Assembly: GCA_012026655.1 (NCBI GenBank)
Contig: JAAILG010001067.1
Span: 1 to 64,000 of the forward strand
Length of the DNA stretch: 64,000 nt
DNA from: Hydrolagus affinis
Taxonomy: Eukaryota
Direction of reading: 5' to 3'
Of this stretch, positions 27,201 through 40,244 are shown piece after piece. A program made the position numbers and the translations under genes. Every line of letters starts with the position of its first letter. Within the stretch, counting starts at the first letter, position 1. Below the pieces are notes generated by a model. It saw only the letters and a list, made by a program, of their open reading frames with translations, was not told the origin of the DNA and did not search any database.

Positions 27201-30200
27201 CCCCAGGGTCAATAGCTTTGAAGGTTGCAATTTTTGAGGCTTGTACACTTTGGGACCAAAAGCCAATAGCAAAAACCCTAATAATCTACTGGCAAGATTC
27301 TTTCGAGCTGCCAGGGAACACAGGATTTCTGATCTAATCAACATTCAGCCACATAAGGAATTTGTAAATAATGCACTAAATGTTTTTGCCTTATTCTTTT
27401 CCTTTGATGCTGGTATAGATATTTTGGGAAGTTCATTGCCCCGAGTCTTCCCTTGCTCATTGCTGGAGTTCATTTAAAAAAAAGACTGCTGCTGTCCCAC
27501 GATTCGGAGGTCGTACTTTCATCCACTACACCCCAAGACGGGAACACTCCCTTCAATCCCTCCACACTCCCCATTTTGAAGTTCTGCCTGAAAACCTTCC
27601 TCTTCGACCATGCTTTCGTAATGGCCGAATCTCTGCGTGTAGGACGCCCATCTGATCCTTAAAGTTGGTGGAAAAACAGTACTGTAGCTCAGTGTAGCTG
27701 AGTTGAGTATTTATTGGAGGAGAGTTTTCTCTGTCAGAGTCTCAAGAGCATTGAAGCTGGGCTCAGTTCCTGTAGCTAATGGCAAACTTGTGGAAATTTC
27801 TTCCACATGACTCATGCCCATATTTGTTATTTAGGTTTATTTTTGTTTAGAAATATCTATCCTATAATCACATAATTGACGTGTAAACTCGAACAGCTAG
27901 TTGGGAGTGCATTTCATACATTTTTACCCAGTTATTCATCAATGTTGGTGGTATTAACTGTGGCAGTGTTATATATTGATTTTGTAATACTGAAATGGTT
28001 CTGTTTGTGGACGGGAGTGACCATTAATGTTTTTCCATGCTGATTCTCCAGAGTACTGAAATTGCATACAAAGTCTTGCTTCCAGAGCACATCTTCAGTA
28101 GTGAACTTGAGTGATTCAAAATATATGAATGCTCCAGCAGATTGTTCTGTTACATTATGAAAATATATTTTTCATATAAATCAACTGTAAGCCTTTAAAA
28201 TGTTTTAATTCATTCCCGGAGTACTTCTTTAGATATGTTGAAATTTTTGGTGGAGGCAACATTGTAGAACAGTAAAGATTTTGCACCAACCATAGCTTGT
28301 GCAAATTTATTGTGCAAAGCCATTTCAAAAAAGCCAAGATTCTAATATTTTGTCACTGTGGAAGAGGCAAAATGGTTTGGGTTTGATATAAATTTAATGT
28401 AGGAAACTTACTGTCGGAAATAATTATTTTATTAAAAAACTTCTTCCCCTTTACTGTGGAGGGAATACTTCAATTAAAAAGCGTCTTAACTTAATTCCCT
28501 ATTGTTTTTGGTTTTTCCCAGAACTATTTATCATTTGGAAAGTGTAACCATATCTGTGTTAAAACTCAAATCTATATTTTAATGAAATACCCTGAAGCAT
28601 CTGGGATTTGGCTGTAATGCTAACTATGCAGTTTGGAAGCTCAACGATTTATTATTCTGAAAGGGTTATTCTTCTTTGCTCTCTGGGTATTTAAAATAGT
28701 GTCTGGAGGTCAGGTCTGTAAATGTGGTTGGAGTGTTGGGAAGGAAAGTAGATCAAGCATTTTAGTGGACACCCAACAGTTGTTTTGGAACTTTGTTCAA
28801 CATTGCAGTCCTATTAGAATGTACATTTAATTGGCAAAAGGATTCCTTAAGTTGGCACTGCTATTTGTTGGAACGACCTGACTGTGCACATGTACAACTG
28901 CATATTTCTTTACAGATAGAAGATAATGGATATATGTATTAGGTCAGGACTTATGCAATAGAAACTCCCAAATAAATTTCATAAAACATTTGCTATTTTG
29001 TGTTAGCACGTTTCTAACTTGCCTATGAATTATAAACCAGAAACTGTAAGTAGTTAAAAAGTCTTAAGATGGGTTAATTATTTAATTTTAGGTCACTTGT
29101 TAATGGAAGAGTGGTTTCTCAGAAGACATTAATTAATGTGTCACTTTCTGCAACATGACTACAGTCGTTCAATAAAAAAAGATGAGCAGAACAGTGCTGA
29201 CGGATACTATAATGTTGATGAATATTCTAGCAATGGAATTTTTGTGACATTCTATACCTTTTATGTGGTGCTATGCATCTGTGTGTATGCAGCACAGTAT
29301 CTGCCAGTGATTCCACACACGTGAAATAAAAAATGCTAGTAATCTTTCATTAAATGCTTGTGTAACAAATGACGAGTGAATTAATTGTAAGCTGTGGAAT
29401 GCGGCATAACATCCATTGTCAACAGCTTAAGTTCTTCCAAAGTAAGATTTGGAATAAGTTTTAAATCTTCACTTTAAAAAAAAGAGGAATTTGGACAGTA
29501 TGTTAGTTATAATAAACTTGCCAGCAATGTTAGAAAATTGGCATTTGTGGCCAATAATTTTTATGACCATTTTGGATTTTACAATTATCATGCTCAGTAT
29601 TTAGTTTTATAGTACTCAGTTTCAATCCCAAATTCTAAAGACATGAGGAATTTATTTAACAGTAATCCTATTTTAATTTTTTTATGCAGCTAATTCCTGA
29701 CATCACGTGTGGAAAGGTTACAATATCTAGAGCTAAAAAATTGTATTGCTGCAAAAGGGATTTTAAACTAATTAAAAGACTGAGCGTTGAAATAGGATTG
29801 AGTTCTACAAGTGACTTATGTTAGCTGACATATTAACACATATTCAAATTCAATGCTCTTTTTGGAATTCATTTCAGGCGACTTCAATAGCTACAGGAAG
29901 CTTCCATGTTTATTTAGTAGTATTTGGTGTATATAATGTATCAAAATATTTGAAAAGGAATATTATAAAACATTTCTTTGCTCAGGAAAAGTGGTGGTAA
30001 TTCTGAACGAGACAGATTGTACTTTCATTGTTGGTGCTTAGTTAGCCGTTGCAAAAGGTGACATCGAGGCTGAACCAACTCTGGCTTCTTGCTGTGTTCA
30101 AGAAGCAATTCATTGATTTTTCTCAAAAGGGGGCTTTTCATACTAGAGCTTTCAAGGCCCTGAGGATTATCGAGATTTGTTTCTTTTCAAAGGCGCTTTC

Positions 30201-30941
30201 TTAGTGGAAATTGTGCATAAGAGCAGACACTTCCACTAGTTAAATCTTGACTTGTGTGATTAGCAATGAATTGATTTTTCCGATAAAGTAGAAATGCATG
30301 CACGTTAAAGCTTTGGACTACAGAACGTGTTTCAGAGCATATTGTTTCAATAATTTGACCTTTCAAGTTTCAAGATGCAAGAAGGCAATTTTAATTGGAA
30401 TTAAAATCATAAGATAAAATGTTATGGTTTATATGTTAACCTTTACACGGTGAAAGCATTTGCAGAGTGACTGGGTTAGCATACTATCCTTTAACTTTAT
30501 GACCTACTTTCAAATTTCTCTAACTGAAGAGTGGAAACTATATGCTTTCTACTGTGAGATGTTATTTGTTTGATAATTTCAGCCCAGAACGACATTTGGT
30601 TCACATCCACAGAATATATTGGCAGTAAATGTTCAAATTCAATCCTGTCTCAAGATGTGTGAAATTGGAAGAATACTGGTGAAGCATTCTGAGGTTGGTC
30701 ACAGTTTGGAAGTGATACATGTCATTCCCATTAGATTATTTTCTGTCTTTGCCTTCTCGAATTCCAGTGGATTTCTAGCAAATTTTTTCAGCATTTTTAT
30801 TACAACAGCTATTTAATGTAAACATTGAATTTTCATTTTCTATCAATGTTTGAAATTATTCCAATCTCACTTTAAACAAGCTCACCTGTTTTCCCTCTTC
30901 ATTGTTGAATTTACTGAATTTACTTAATGATTTAAATTTTT

Positions 30942-31120
30942 CCCCTTACATTTGATCTAGCACTTTCCACGTCTTCTAGACGTCTCAAAGCGCTTCACAG
31001 AATATACTGTAAAATGTGGGCGAAATGCGGCAGTAACAGTCATAAAATGATGAGTTTATTATTTATTTATTTTTGAGAGATTATTATTAGGCATGTGGAG
31101 TAAGGAAACGTACTCAAACT
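30942..31120 (-). mobile_element. SINE family S (internally deleted)
   Basis: cacgtcttctagacgtctcaaagcgcttcacagaatatactgtaaa ... gtggagtaaggaaac. Confidence 0.8.
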
Positions 31121-31145
31121 CTTGTTCTTTTAAGACAATGGAGAG

Positions 31146-31350
31146 ATAATAATCCCTCCAAAAAAAACACAATAATAAAAAAAATTGGTAATTTTAATCC
31201 AGGACTGTTTGTGATACATTGCTGTGCACAATTGGCTGCCATGTTTCACCCACAAATATACAGTCAATTCACTTTTCAGTATATTCTGTGAAGCATTTTG
31301 AGATGCCGATAAGATATGAAAAGCACTATATCAAATGCAAGGATTATTAT
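31146..31350 (+). mobile_element. SINE family S body and tail
   Basis: ataataatccctcc ... gaaaagcactatatcaaatgcaaggattattat. Confidence 0.82.
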
Positions 31351-33416
31351 ATATTGTATTATATATTCTGCCTCTGGCTGCTTGGTGATGCTGTACTACA
31401 CATACTTGTGTTAGCTTTTGCATGGATACTAAAACTTTGTAAGTGATGTCTGGGGTGGGAGTAGGAAAGATTATTGAGAATATAAAATTCTAGTTTATTA
31501 TGTTCTAAGCTTATTCTTATGTCGTTTGGGGTATGTGAAGCTATATCAAGTGATTTGACATACCAAGGATGGTAGAAGGTGAACTAGATGGATCTTCGTC
31601 TTTTTTCCCAGCACCTTGTCCTGAGGTGAAAGGCGCTATACAAGTGTAATTTTGTTGTTGTTGTTTTTGCCTACCTTATTCTTATGTTCTATTTAATATT
31701 TCATTGTTTTACAATATTTGATAGTTTAGTACCCAGTTAGTATTGTAAGTTGGCAATAACAGTCTTGTCAAACCAGTGACTGGACATTCAAGCACACTTG
31801 TATGCACACGTGCTCAATTTAACCAGATTTTTCAAAATTGGCCACCGTGGAACCACATAAGTACTTTCAATGCAGTGAATATCTGCAGTAAATTATAATT
31901 CAACTTGCTAAAATCTCTCAAGAGGCATTTTATCTGTGTTTTGAGACCTTTGCAAGACTTCATTCCACGTCAAACTTTTTACGGCTCAATTACATGAGTC
32001 AGCAAAAGAAATGTCATTGGACATAATTGTATGTAAGTGATGGGTTTTGGTGCTTTAATTTCTCTTTCCTAAGTCTAAATCTCATCAGAAGAGATGAATG
32101 GATGTCTATTATACACCATGTGAATGAAGTTTGAGCAATTTGTCAATGTAATATCAATACTGATATTTTAATAAATTTAAAATTCACTTGAGAATGGTGG
32201 GATATTCTGCACAATAGAAGATTGCAGGCTATCAATTGTCTCTGAATTAATTTAGCAAGCTATTATCATTTGATTGTTATAGGAATATCAAGGTTTATGC
32301 ATGTAAGTAGTTTTAAAATGTTTATGATTGCTGATCTTTTATAGTGACTGGCATGGTAGGTGGTTGCAGTCCATTACGTTCAGTGAATATGGTTGAATAT
32401 TTTAACTTGGGTTGAACCACAGATGTATTACGAGGTTTTATTAATTTTTTGTAGCTTATTTTCTTCCTCAAACCTTTCTTCTCCACCCCATCCCCACAAG
32501 AATTCAGACTTAATTGTCCTATTAACTATTAACTGATAATTATTAATTGATTTTTAAATTGGCTTGTGAAAGCAACTTGTTTAGTTTTTGATGCAGCACT
32601 TCAGGATCTGTTGTCACTGTGCCAGCACATCATGGCAAAGCAGTGATTGCTGGAGAGGAAAGAAATAATTGATGTGTTCGGGCTTGCCCCTAAAACAGGA
32701 CAGCTCAAGAACCAGTTTGGCAATTTTCAGGCTCCAAATAAAGTCAATTGGCCCAAGTGACTCTGTTCTTTTTGAGTTGACTTAAGTTGGAAAATTGTGG
32801 ACATCTGTTATGTTACGTTCCAGGTATAAAATGACCATGCAGCACTGGTAAATAGTATAACTTTTATTGACATTAATGCAGATGGCATTAGAACTGTGTG
32901 CCTGCTAATGATATTCAATACTGAAAACGTGCAACAGGTAGTAATATAAAGGATGTAACAAATATGTGAATGTAGATGGCTGAAAATTTGGCCGGGCTAT
33001 CCAGATTCACAGAAAACTTTGTGTAAGCAGATGCAAAATAGATCATTGTTAATCCTCACCACCTGCTACAGTCACTCCCATTTTAAGGCCATTTCTTAAC
33101 TTTACCTCCAGTTGTGTTGAGGTGGTTTGTTTTCCCAATTGCTTTGATTTGATGAGTCTTCTTGCGTTGCCACTTGTAATTATGTTGTAGTACTTTATTG
33201 CCCCACTCCTCCAGTTCAAGAGGAAGGTTGGTCAGGTCACAATAGAATGAATAGCTTGATAATTGTAAATGGCAACCCATACAGACTCATAATGCAAAGA
33301 TTGTTGTAACAGATAAGATTGCCACAACTTCTTTTGCATGAATTATGATAAGACATTGGAAGAAATGGTCTGATGTATGTAGTGTAAATAAATTAGTGTT
33401 GCGTCAAAATTAACAC

Positions 33417-33505
33417 TTAGAATCATAGAATTATACACCACCTGTGTAGGCCATTCGGCCCATCATGACTGTGCCGGCTCTTTGAAAAGAGCTGTCCAAA
33501 TCAAT
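33417..33505 (-). mobile_element. CR1-type LINE/SINE 3' tail
   Basis: tagaatcatagaa (reverse of the CR1 ATTCTATG terminal repeat) followed by aggccattcggcccatc; a similar catagaatcatagaa lies at 56181. Confidence 0.6.
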
Positions 33506-33989
33506 CACCGGGCTCTCCTCAATGGAATGTATACACTAATTGGTAATTCATTTCCTGGGCAAGCTTCTAATTCATAGCAAGTTTGGGGTTCGGTTTCAGC
33601 AGTATGTAGCAATGATATTTTGCCCCTTTTTTGTTCCATTTGAAGAATTGAAGCTGATCAGAATCCTGGAATAAAAAGCTTCATGACTCTTACCATGTAA
33701 TTGTCCAGGTTTAAAAAAAATATCCACCTGTAGATTTCGGTATGTGTAAGCCTCGAGATATATTGGCAATGAGGCCTTCTGTATTGATCTACTCATTGGT
33801 ACTAGAGGACAGCTAGCAGCTTTAGAATTCTATTACATTATCACAGAATCATACCATCAGCAAAGAGTAGTAGAAAACTTTTTTTTATTGGGGAAAATTG
33901 TTGAACTGGCTCTTGAAGACTATTTCTAAATCCTCAGTTTTATCTATTTTATAGAATAGATAGAACAGTTGGGGGACTGTTGACTAGGA

Positions 33990-34097
33990 AACTGGGAGAA
34001 AGAAACTCTCTTTTCGAATAGTGACATGGGATCTTGAAGTCTGCCTGAACTACCACTGAGCCAGGCTGACACGCGGTACTTGTAATCCAAAGACGGT
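33990..34097 (-). mobile_element. Deu-domain SINE core fragment
   Basis: ctcttttcgaatagtgacatgggatctt ... atccaaagacgg, recognised from memory of the DeuSINE core. Confidence 0.5.
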
Positions 34098-34779
34098 TTG
34101 CTAGTAGATATGGATTGAAAATTCCATAGGCTTGAGATCTGTTTCAGAAGAATGGAATGCTGATTGATGTCTGATGAGCCTATTGAAATTGAGTTATTTG
34201 TATTACATAGGTACCCATTTTTTCCACTAGATGGAACTGTAACATTATGTAAATACTTGTGGTTCCTCTAGTGGTAGCAATCTTCCATTGCAGTAGTATG
34301 AAATGGACATGGACATTGTGCTTTGCGGGCTGTTTTCATTTGGCCTGGTTCTTCTGGTCTATCTTACTAAAATATTTAAATGGTGAGCCATGCACCAGTG
34401 CAAAAACTGTTTTGTTTTCTTAATTAGCCATGCATATTACATGCCTCAGAACTCAATAAGGTAGCCAAGGATCCCGAGTTTTTAAGAAAATTTGTGCTCT
34501 GGGTGGTGCAATGTCCTAATCCTTCCTTCCTCTTTTGTTTTGTCTTTGTTGGCAGCAGATCTCTAAACCACACAGAAGGAAACGATTGCAATTGCTCTTA
34601 TCTGTTTGTTAAAACTAATGGAGGTCGGCAGTATTGTCTCAACACATCTCATTTGAAGAATTGTTAAGGTAGCATTAAGAGAATCGACTAGCAATAATTT
34701 TTAGTGGCGGGGGAAGTACCATAAATTGACTGAGATATTGCTACTAATATTTTATTAGTGTTCTAATTACTACAACAAC

Positions 34780-35125
34780 AGTGTGAATTTATATAGTGTT
34801 CTCCATGCTAGGTGGCGTCTCAGAGCACTTAACAGTGGCTAAGCCCGTCAGGGGGACAGGTAAGATGACGGACAGGCACGACCTGAAGATGGGGAGACCA
34901 AGGGCAAGGTGAAGGGTTTGAGGGAGGGAGTTCCAAAGTTTTGGGGTGTACTGGCTGAATGCACCGCCACTGATGGTGGAGTGGAGGATTTGTGGGTTAA
35001 GGAGGAGGCCGGATCCAGTAGAGGCACCGGTATTGTTGTGAGGAAAGAAGAGGTTAGAGAGATAGTGAGGATCTTGAAGAATAATTTCCATGACCAAGAT
35101 GAAGTGCAACAAAACTCTGGGATGT
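34780..35125 (-). mobile_element. L2-clade LINE 3' fragment
   Basis: The minus-strand translation contains GGAFSQYTPKLWNSLP (L2 C-terminal 'RAFS..AP.LWNSLP' motif), followed by a tail. Confidence 0.8.
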
Positions 35126-36783
35126 GATGGAACCAAATCTTGATAGTAGTCAGGCTGGAGAGGCTATTACTTCCCTGAGGCTTCTGAAAGCTTCCAGAAA
35201 GTATCAGTTTGCCTTACTTATTTCAATAGTTATGTGTAATAAAGTCTTTTGAGCTATTTACTGGCTTGCTGGCTGTCCTCCCAAGTACGATCTCAGTGCC
35301 AGGTTCCCTCTTCAGGAGAGGTTAATTTTTTTTCTCTCTGAAGCAGCAGTTGAAACAACTGGATGCTATTGGCAAGAGAATATTGTCACAGGGTACACTG
35401 TAAAATGCATACAGCTTCTTGTGTGAAGTTTTGAATTATACTCATAAACTGACTCTTGTTACTGCTTTCATTTTTATGAGGGCTGAGAATTGACTGTTGT
35501 GGGCATCATTGGCTCAACAGCTGAGATGCCGCAACAATCTGTTATAGAGTTCTGCTACAGGAGCCAGGATGTTGTGCTTTGCCATTTAGTGGGCTGAAGA
35601 TCTTAGCCTGCCTCTGTAATTCTGGCACAAAATGTAATGAAACTGCCCTGTTTCAGGAAAACCTTATTTAAGGTCAAAATGACCCTGGAATCCTTTATAA
35701 AGTATCAATGCTATTTCAATGCTATGATCTTAAAGGGACTGTCTTTGTGGGCATACCACCAAATCAAGGCCTTCCTTCATCTACCAGTATGTACTTTTAA
35801 AAACAAATTAAGATTCACCCTGTAGTGAGCTTCACATGTGCTGTCCACCAACTTGTGAGTCTGCAGCCACAATGCCCATTCTCCCCCTCAAATTGTTAGT
35901 TCATTGAGGCTGCATCTCGTTTCACACATTAGCATGTCTTGTCAGTTAGGTGCTTCAAGGAAACTGAAGGAGTTCAGTAGGCTCTGCTTTCTGAACTCTT
36001 CCATATAATTCAACGGTAATTTTTCTTAGGATTGTCTGGGAATATGAAGATAAGGACCCCCTTTGAGCAGAGATGTGCAGAACTATTTGCTAACCTTATG
36101 GTAAACAATCTTGTTTAACATGGATGGTTGATGGTTTACTCCTATTTTGTAAATCATACAACTGATTTGACAGATAATAATAATCCTTGCATTTGCCTTT
36201 CCCATCAGGACAATCTCCCAAAGCAAAACAGGCAAAATACTGTAAATCTGTGGGGAGTATTCTTCAACTTTGGGATGAGAGAAATGTACAGGAAGTATTT
36301 AATTTCTAGCATTGCGAGGTGCACAACCAATGGAAAATTCTGCCATTTGGGTTGACCCCATGCTCTTTGTCTTTTGCCTGCATAGAAGCATCTTTTTGAT
36401 GGTAATATGGATTTTACATTGACCTCCATTTAGCCTAGTCAAGTCCCAGTGTCAATGAAACATTTAGTGTTCAGTATATATATATTTAAATTGTGAGTTC
36501 ACTGTATAGAATTGGTTGAGATCACATGCATTACCTTCGAATCAAGTGCTGAATGATGCATATTTTGGTTGTTGGAATACAAGGGCGATGTTGGTCCTGG
36601 GCTGTTGCAGTATTTACCATCATCTATTTCTTCTCTGGCAATTTATCTACAACTGGGATCAGGAATTATGAGGAGCTTACATTCAGCTCAAATATGCTAT
36701 TCTGAAGATGAACAGGGAATGAATATACTGTGCTGTTGAAGAATTATCAAACGAGTCTATGCAAATCTATTAGGTAACCCGTA

Positions 36784-37114
36784 CAGTAAAATCCCTTTAT
36801 CTGTGACCCAAAAAACTGCCAGTGCCGCTTTAAGAGGAAAAAACTCTTCCGTCCATCATTGTAGAAGTTTGCTTTGTGATTGTGTGCTGCGTTTATAGAC
36901 GTAATTGATGTTTATTGCTTTATTGGTAAGTATCCATAAAATATTCTGTTATTATTTAGTCTATTATTAATATGGTATGTTTCAAAAAAAGGTTTTATGT
37001 ATGCAGGGTCTTTTTGTGTTGGGTTTTCGGCGTCGATATTCAACTGAATATCCGGCATGCCGTTTACCGGCATTGGCCAGATCCCGGGGGTGCCGGATAA
37101 ACGGGTTTTTACTA
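36784..37114. mobile_element. Tigger-like MITE (family A, short copy)
   Basis: TA|CAGTAAAATCCCTTTATCTG ... CGGATAAACGGGTTTTTACTA|TA. The right about 200 nt align with the right end of the 37406-38138 element. Confidence 0.85.
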
Positions 37115-37313
37115 TAGTTTAAAAAAAGTATATAGCCACTATTTATATTTCTAAAATTCTAGATTAGGCTCTTCATGATCCATATCTTTTAGATTCTAAG
37201 GAATAAAAAGGGGTATTAACAAACTGTGCATTTATTTTTTTAAAGATTTGTTCTTAATTGTGCTTTAATCAAATGATTTGTCGTATTGAATGGTTTCTAG
37301 TGTGATAATGGAT

Positions 37314-37405
37314 AATAATAATCATCTTGGCACTAGTTATAATGCCTTGTCATAATGTTCAGATGTCTCAAACCCCTTCATAGAATATACTGTAAAATGT
37401 AGGTA
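37314..37405 (-). mobile_element. SINE family S tail, interrupted by the MITE (resumes at 38141-38160)
   Basis: agatgtctcaaaccccttcatagaatatactgtaaa, then the MITE, then ttattttgtgggcaaaat. Confidence 0.72.
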
Positions 37406-38138
37406 CAGTAAAAACCCGTTTATCCGTGATTCGATGAACTGGCACTTCCATATAACCAGCACGCCAAAAAAAAGTCCCCATTTGATAAACTGGAACTTAT
37501 CCAGAACAATAGCGGTGGAGGATTTGTAAATGCATAAATAATAACAGATAATAACAAAATATTGTATTGGTACTTATTGTTAAAGCTACTCTCTTGCGCT
37601 TCTCACCTTTACCGTTAGATGCTGCACTTGAAACCATGATGCTGCGATTGAGGTTTATAGTCCAGCGATTCTTTTTAAAATGGAGCACGCCAAGCGGGTG
37701 GAAAAAAAATGGAGCACGATTTTAAAGCCTTACTAGCGGCAAGCCAATAACGCTAACCGATAACCCACATTGTTGCGCAAGTGCAGTATTTCGGCTTGCC
37801 GCTAGTAGAGCCTAGGATTATCGGCTTGCTGCTAGTAAAGCTTTAAAGTCACGCTGCCGTTTTTCTCACCCGCTTGGCATCCTCCATTTTAAAAAGATTC
37901 GCGGGACTATATACCTCAACTAGTAAAGGTGAGAAGCGCAAAAGAGTAGTTTTAATAAGTACCAATACAATATTCTGTTGTTATCTGTTATTATTTAGTC
38001 TGGTGTGAATGGTGTGTGTTAAAAGCTTTAAAAAAATTTTGTCGTAGGTTTTCGGCTGCGACCAACCCGAATTTGCGGCAGGCGCTTTAACCGGCATTGG
38101 TCAGGTCCTGCGGGTGCCGTATAAACAGGCTTTTACTG
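37406..38138. mobile_element. Tigger-like MITE (family A) with a long internal palindrome, nested in a SINE
   Basis: TA|CAGTAAAAACCCGTTTATCCG ... CGTATAAACAGGCTTTTACTG|TA. SINE sequence runs up to 37405 and resumes at 38141. Confidence 0.9.
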
Positions 38139-38162
38139 TACTTTATTTTGTGGGCAAAATAC

Positions 38163-38270
38163 TAATAATCCTTGCATTTGATATAGCGCTTTTCACATCT
38201 TCTAGACATCTCAAAGCGCTTCACAGAATAAACTGTAAAGTGAATTATCTGTATATTTGTGGGTGAAAAA
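38163..38270 (-). mobile_element. SINE family S tail
   Basis: taataatccttgcatttgatatagcgcttttcacatcttctagacatctcaaagcgcttcacag. Confidence 0.85.
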
Positions 38271-39140
38271 TAGTATTGTTTGAAGATTTTTTTTCCGATT
38301 TTAATTTTTTAATATAGGTTTCTGGAGGAGATGTAGCTTGTAAAGTCAAGATTGCAACTGCAAGCAATCTATATTTTTTAAACTTTATAACTGGAGATCT
38401 TATGTATAATTGAAGTGTTGTGGAGTGCATTCCTCCCTTATTGTTATTTGAAATGCATTGTTTAATACTATGCTTCAATTCTTTCAAAGGGTACCTACTT
38501 TATAAACTGAAATAGTTTACTGACTGAATCCTCTGGAAAGTGTTGTGAAGGTTACTGATTTGGGGTGGACAAATCCAATTTACATCAATGTGTTTTATCA
38601 CCACAAGAGAGATACTGCTAGTTTTCCTTTAAACAGTGTGTTCTCAGAAGGATGACATATTCATCTCTGTACCTATCATTCTTCTATGCTTCTCATAGAA
38701 TTTTGATTTAAGACACACATATTCTGTAATCAATAGTATATAGATATTGCGCAAATTGATTACAGTGCCATGCTCGCGTTACTTCATAAGATCAAAAATG
38801 GGCTACTTTGGTCCAATATTTAGACTAGTTGGAATTATTTAACCTCAGTTGCAGATTTATTACAAGGTTCTACTGTGGAAGGTTTGGTTGAGTGGGCCAT
38901 TGTGTGCATGATTACACCTGGGGAGCGTATGTTCAAGCACAGGTTTGCCGTTGGTAGTGCATGTTTAATGGCTGTTCATATGAGGCATTGCGTTTGTCGT
39001 AACAGTGTTGGTTTGTGCTGGTGAGGGTAGCCAGGCCTCCACTTTTAGTTATATTGTTGCTGCCTACAAAACTGCCATTTGGTGGCAACAAGGCAAGTTA
39101 ATCGCTGTATCCCAATGTAACTCCCAGTGTTCACACTGTT

Positions 39141-40024
39141 CAGGTACCCCGCCCCAACCGCAGCCTCGTCAACCACGAAACCCACGCATCCACGGTTTGA
39201 TAAATGCAACAACCCTTGCCAATCATGGCTTATAACCCTTGCTTATCCATGGGTTTTAACACTAACACTAGCGTTCAACGCTAGGACCCAGTTGCATCAA
39301 CCAGCCTCGATGTCACTTCGCACTAGCATATAGCACTAGGACCCAGTTGCAATGTCGCAATCAACCAGTGACAACGCTTCTCTCTTAGGATTAAGGTAAA
39401 TACAGTAACATGAATTTATTGTCGCTTCTCCGCAACCTAGCTAGTAAGTTTGGGAGCATTGGCTGATCTGCAGATCTCTCTCTGTGTAAGTATATCTCAG
39501 GCTGTAGAAGTCTCTCTGTCTCTCTCTCTGTATCTCAGGCTGAAAAGGGATCTCTCTATCTCTCTCTCTCTGTGAGTGTATCTCGGACTTTAGAAAGGTC
39601 TCTCTCTCACCTCTCTATTTTACCTTCTCTTCCCCCCTTCTCTTTCTCACCTCTCTATTTCACCTTCTCTTCCCCCCCCCCCCACTTCTCTCTCTCATCT
39701 TCTCTTTATTTCACCTTCTCTTCCTCCCCCTCCCCCATCCCCCGTTTTCTCTATTTCACCTTCTCTTCCCCCCACACCCCCCCCTTCTCTCTCTTCTTTG
39801 TCTGTGTATAGTCAGACAGTCTCGCGGATTGCTGCAGATGCACCCAAACTTACTCCCCCTACCCATGTATGTTATAACTATGTTTTTTTTGTTTAGTTCT
39901 ACGAAACACGAACTTACTCCCGTATCCCCCTGTTTCCCATAGGGCCCTGTATTTTCCAAGTGCTGTTTTACCAACCACGGAGGTTTACAGGAACGTATCC
40001 CCCGCGGTTGGGGAGGGATACTTG
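39141..40024. mobile_element. Tigger-like non-autonomous element (family B) with internal CT-rich low-complexity repeats
   Basis: Left end CAGGTACCCCGCCCCAACCGC; right end reverse-complements to CAAGTATCCCTCCCCAACCGC. The subterminal GGAACGTATCCCCCGCGG is typical of Tigger right ends. Confidence 0.75.
39473..39800. repeat. CT-rich low-complexity/minisatellite array
   Basis: Recurrent units tctctctctgtatctcaggctg and ctctctatttcaccttctcttcccc. Confidence 0.85.
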
Positions 40025-40244
40025 TTTTTTATGTTAAAAATTTAAATTTTATTTGTAGATGAGATTTCATTGAGCTGCTCTTACTTTGGCAGCAATATTT
40101 GCCAAAAGAATTCACAACTGCTGTGTATAGTTACAGCGTGGTAATGTGTACCAAATTCCCCCTCTGCTTCAAGTTATAAAAATGTGTGTTCTTGGTATTC
40201 CTACTCAAATTGAAAATGATCCTTTCTACATTTAGATCACTGCT

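Noticed and set aside
39473-39800. Repeat-spacer or CRISPR-like array
   Set aside because: Low-complexity CT units of irregular length in a eukaryotic intron; no unique spacers and no cas genes.
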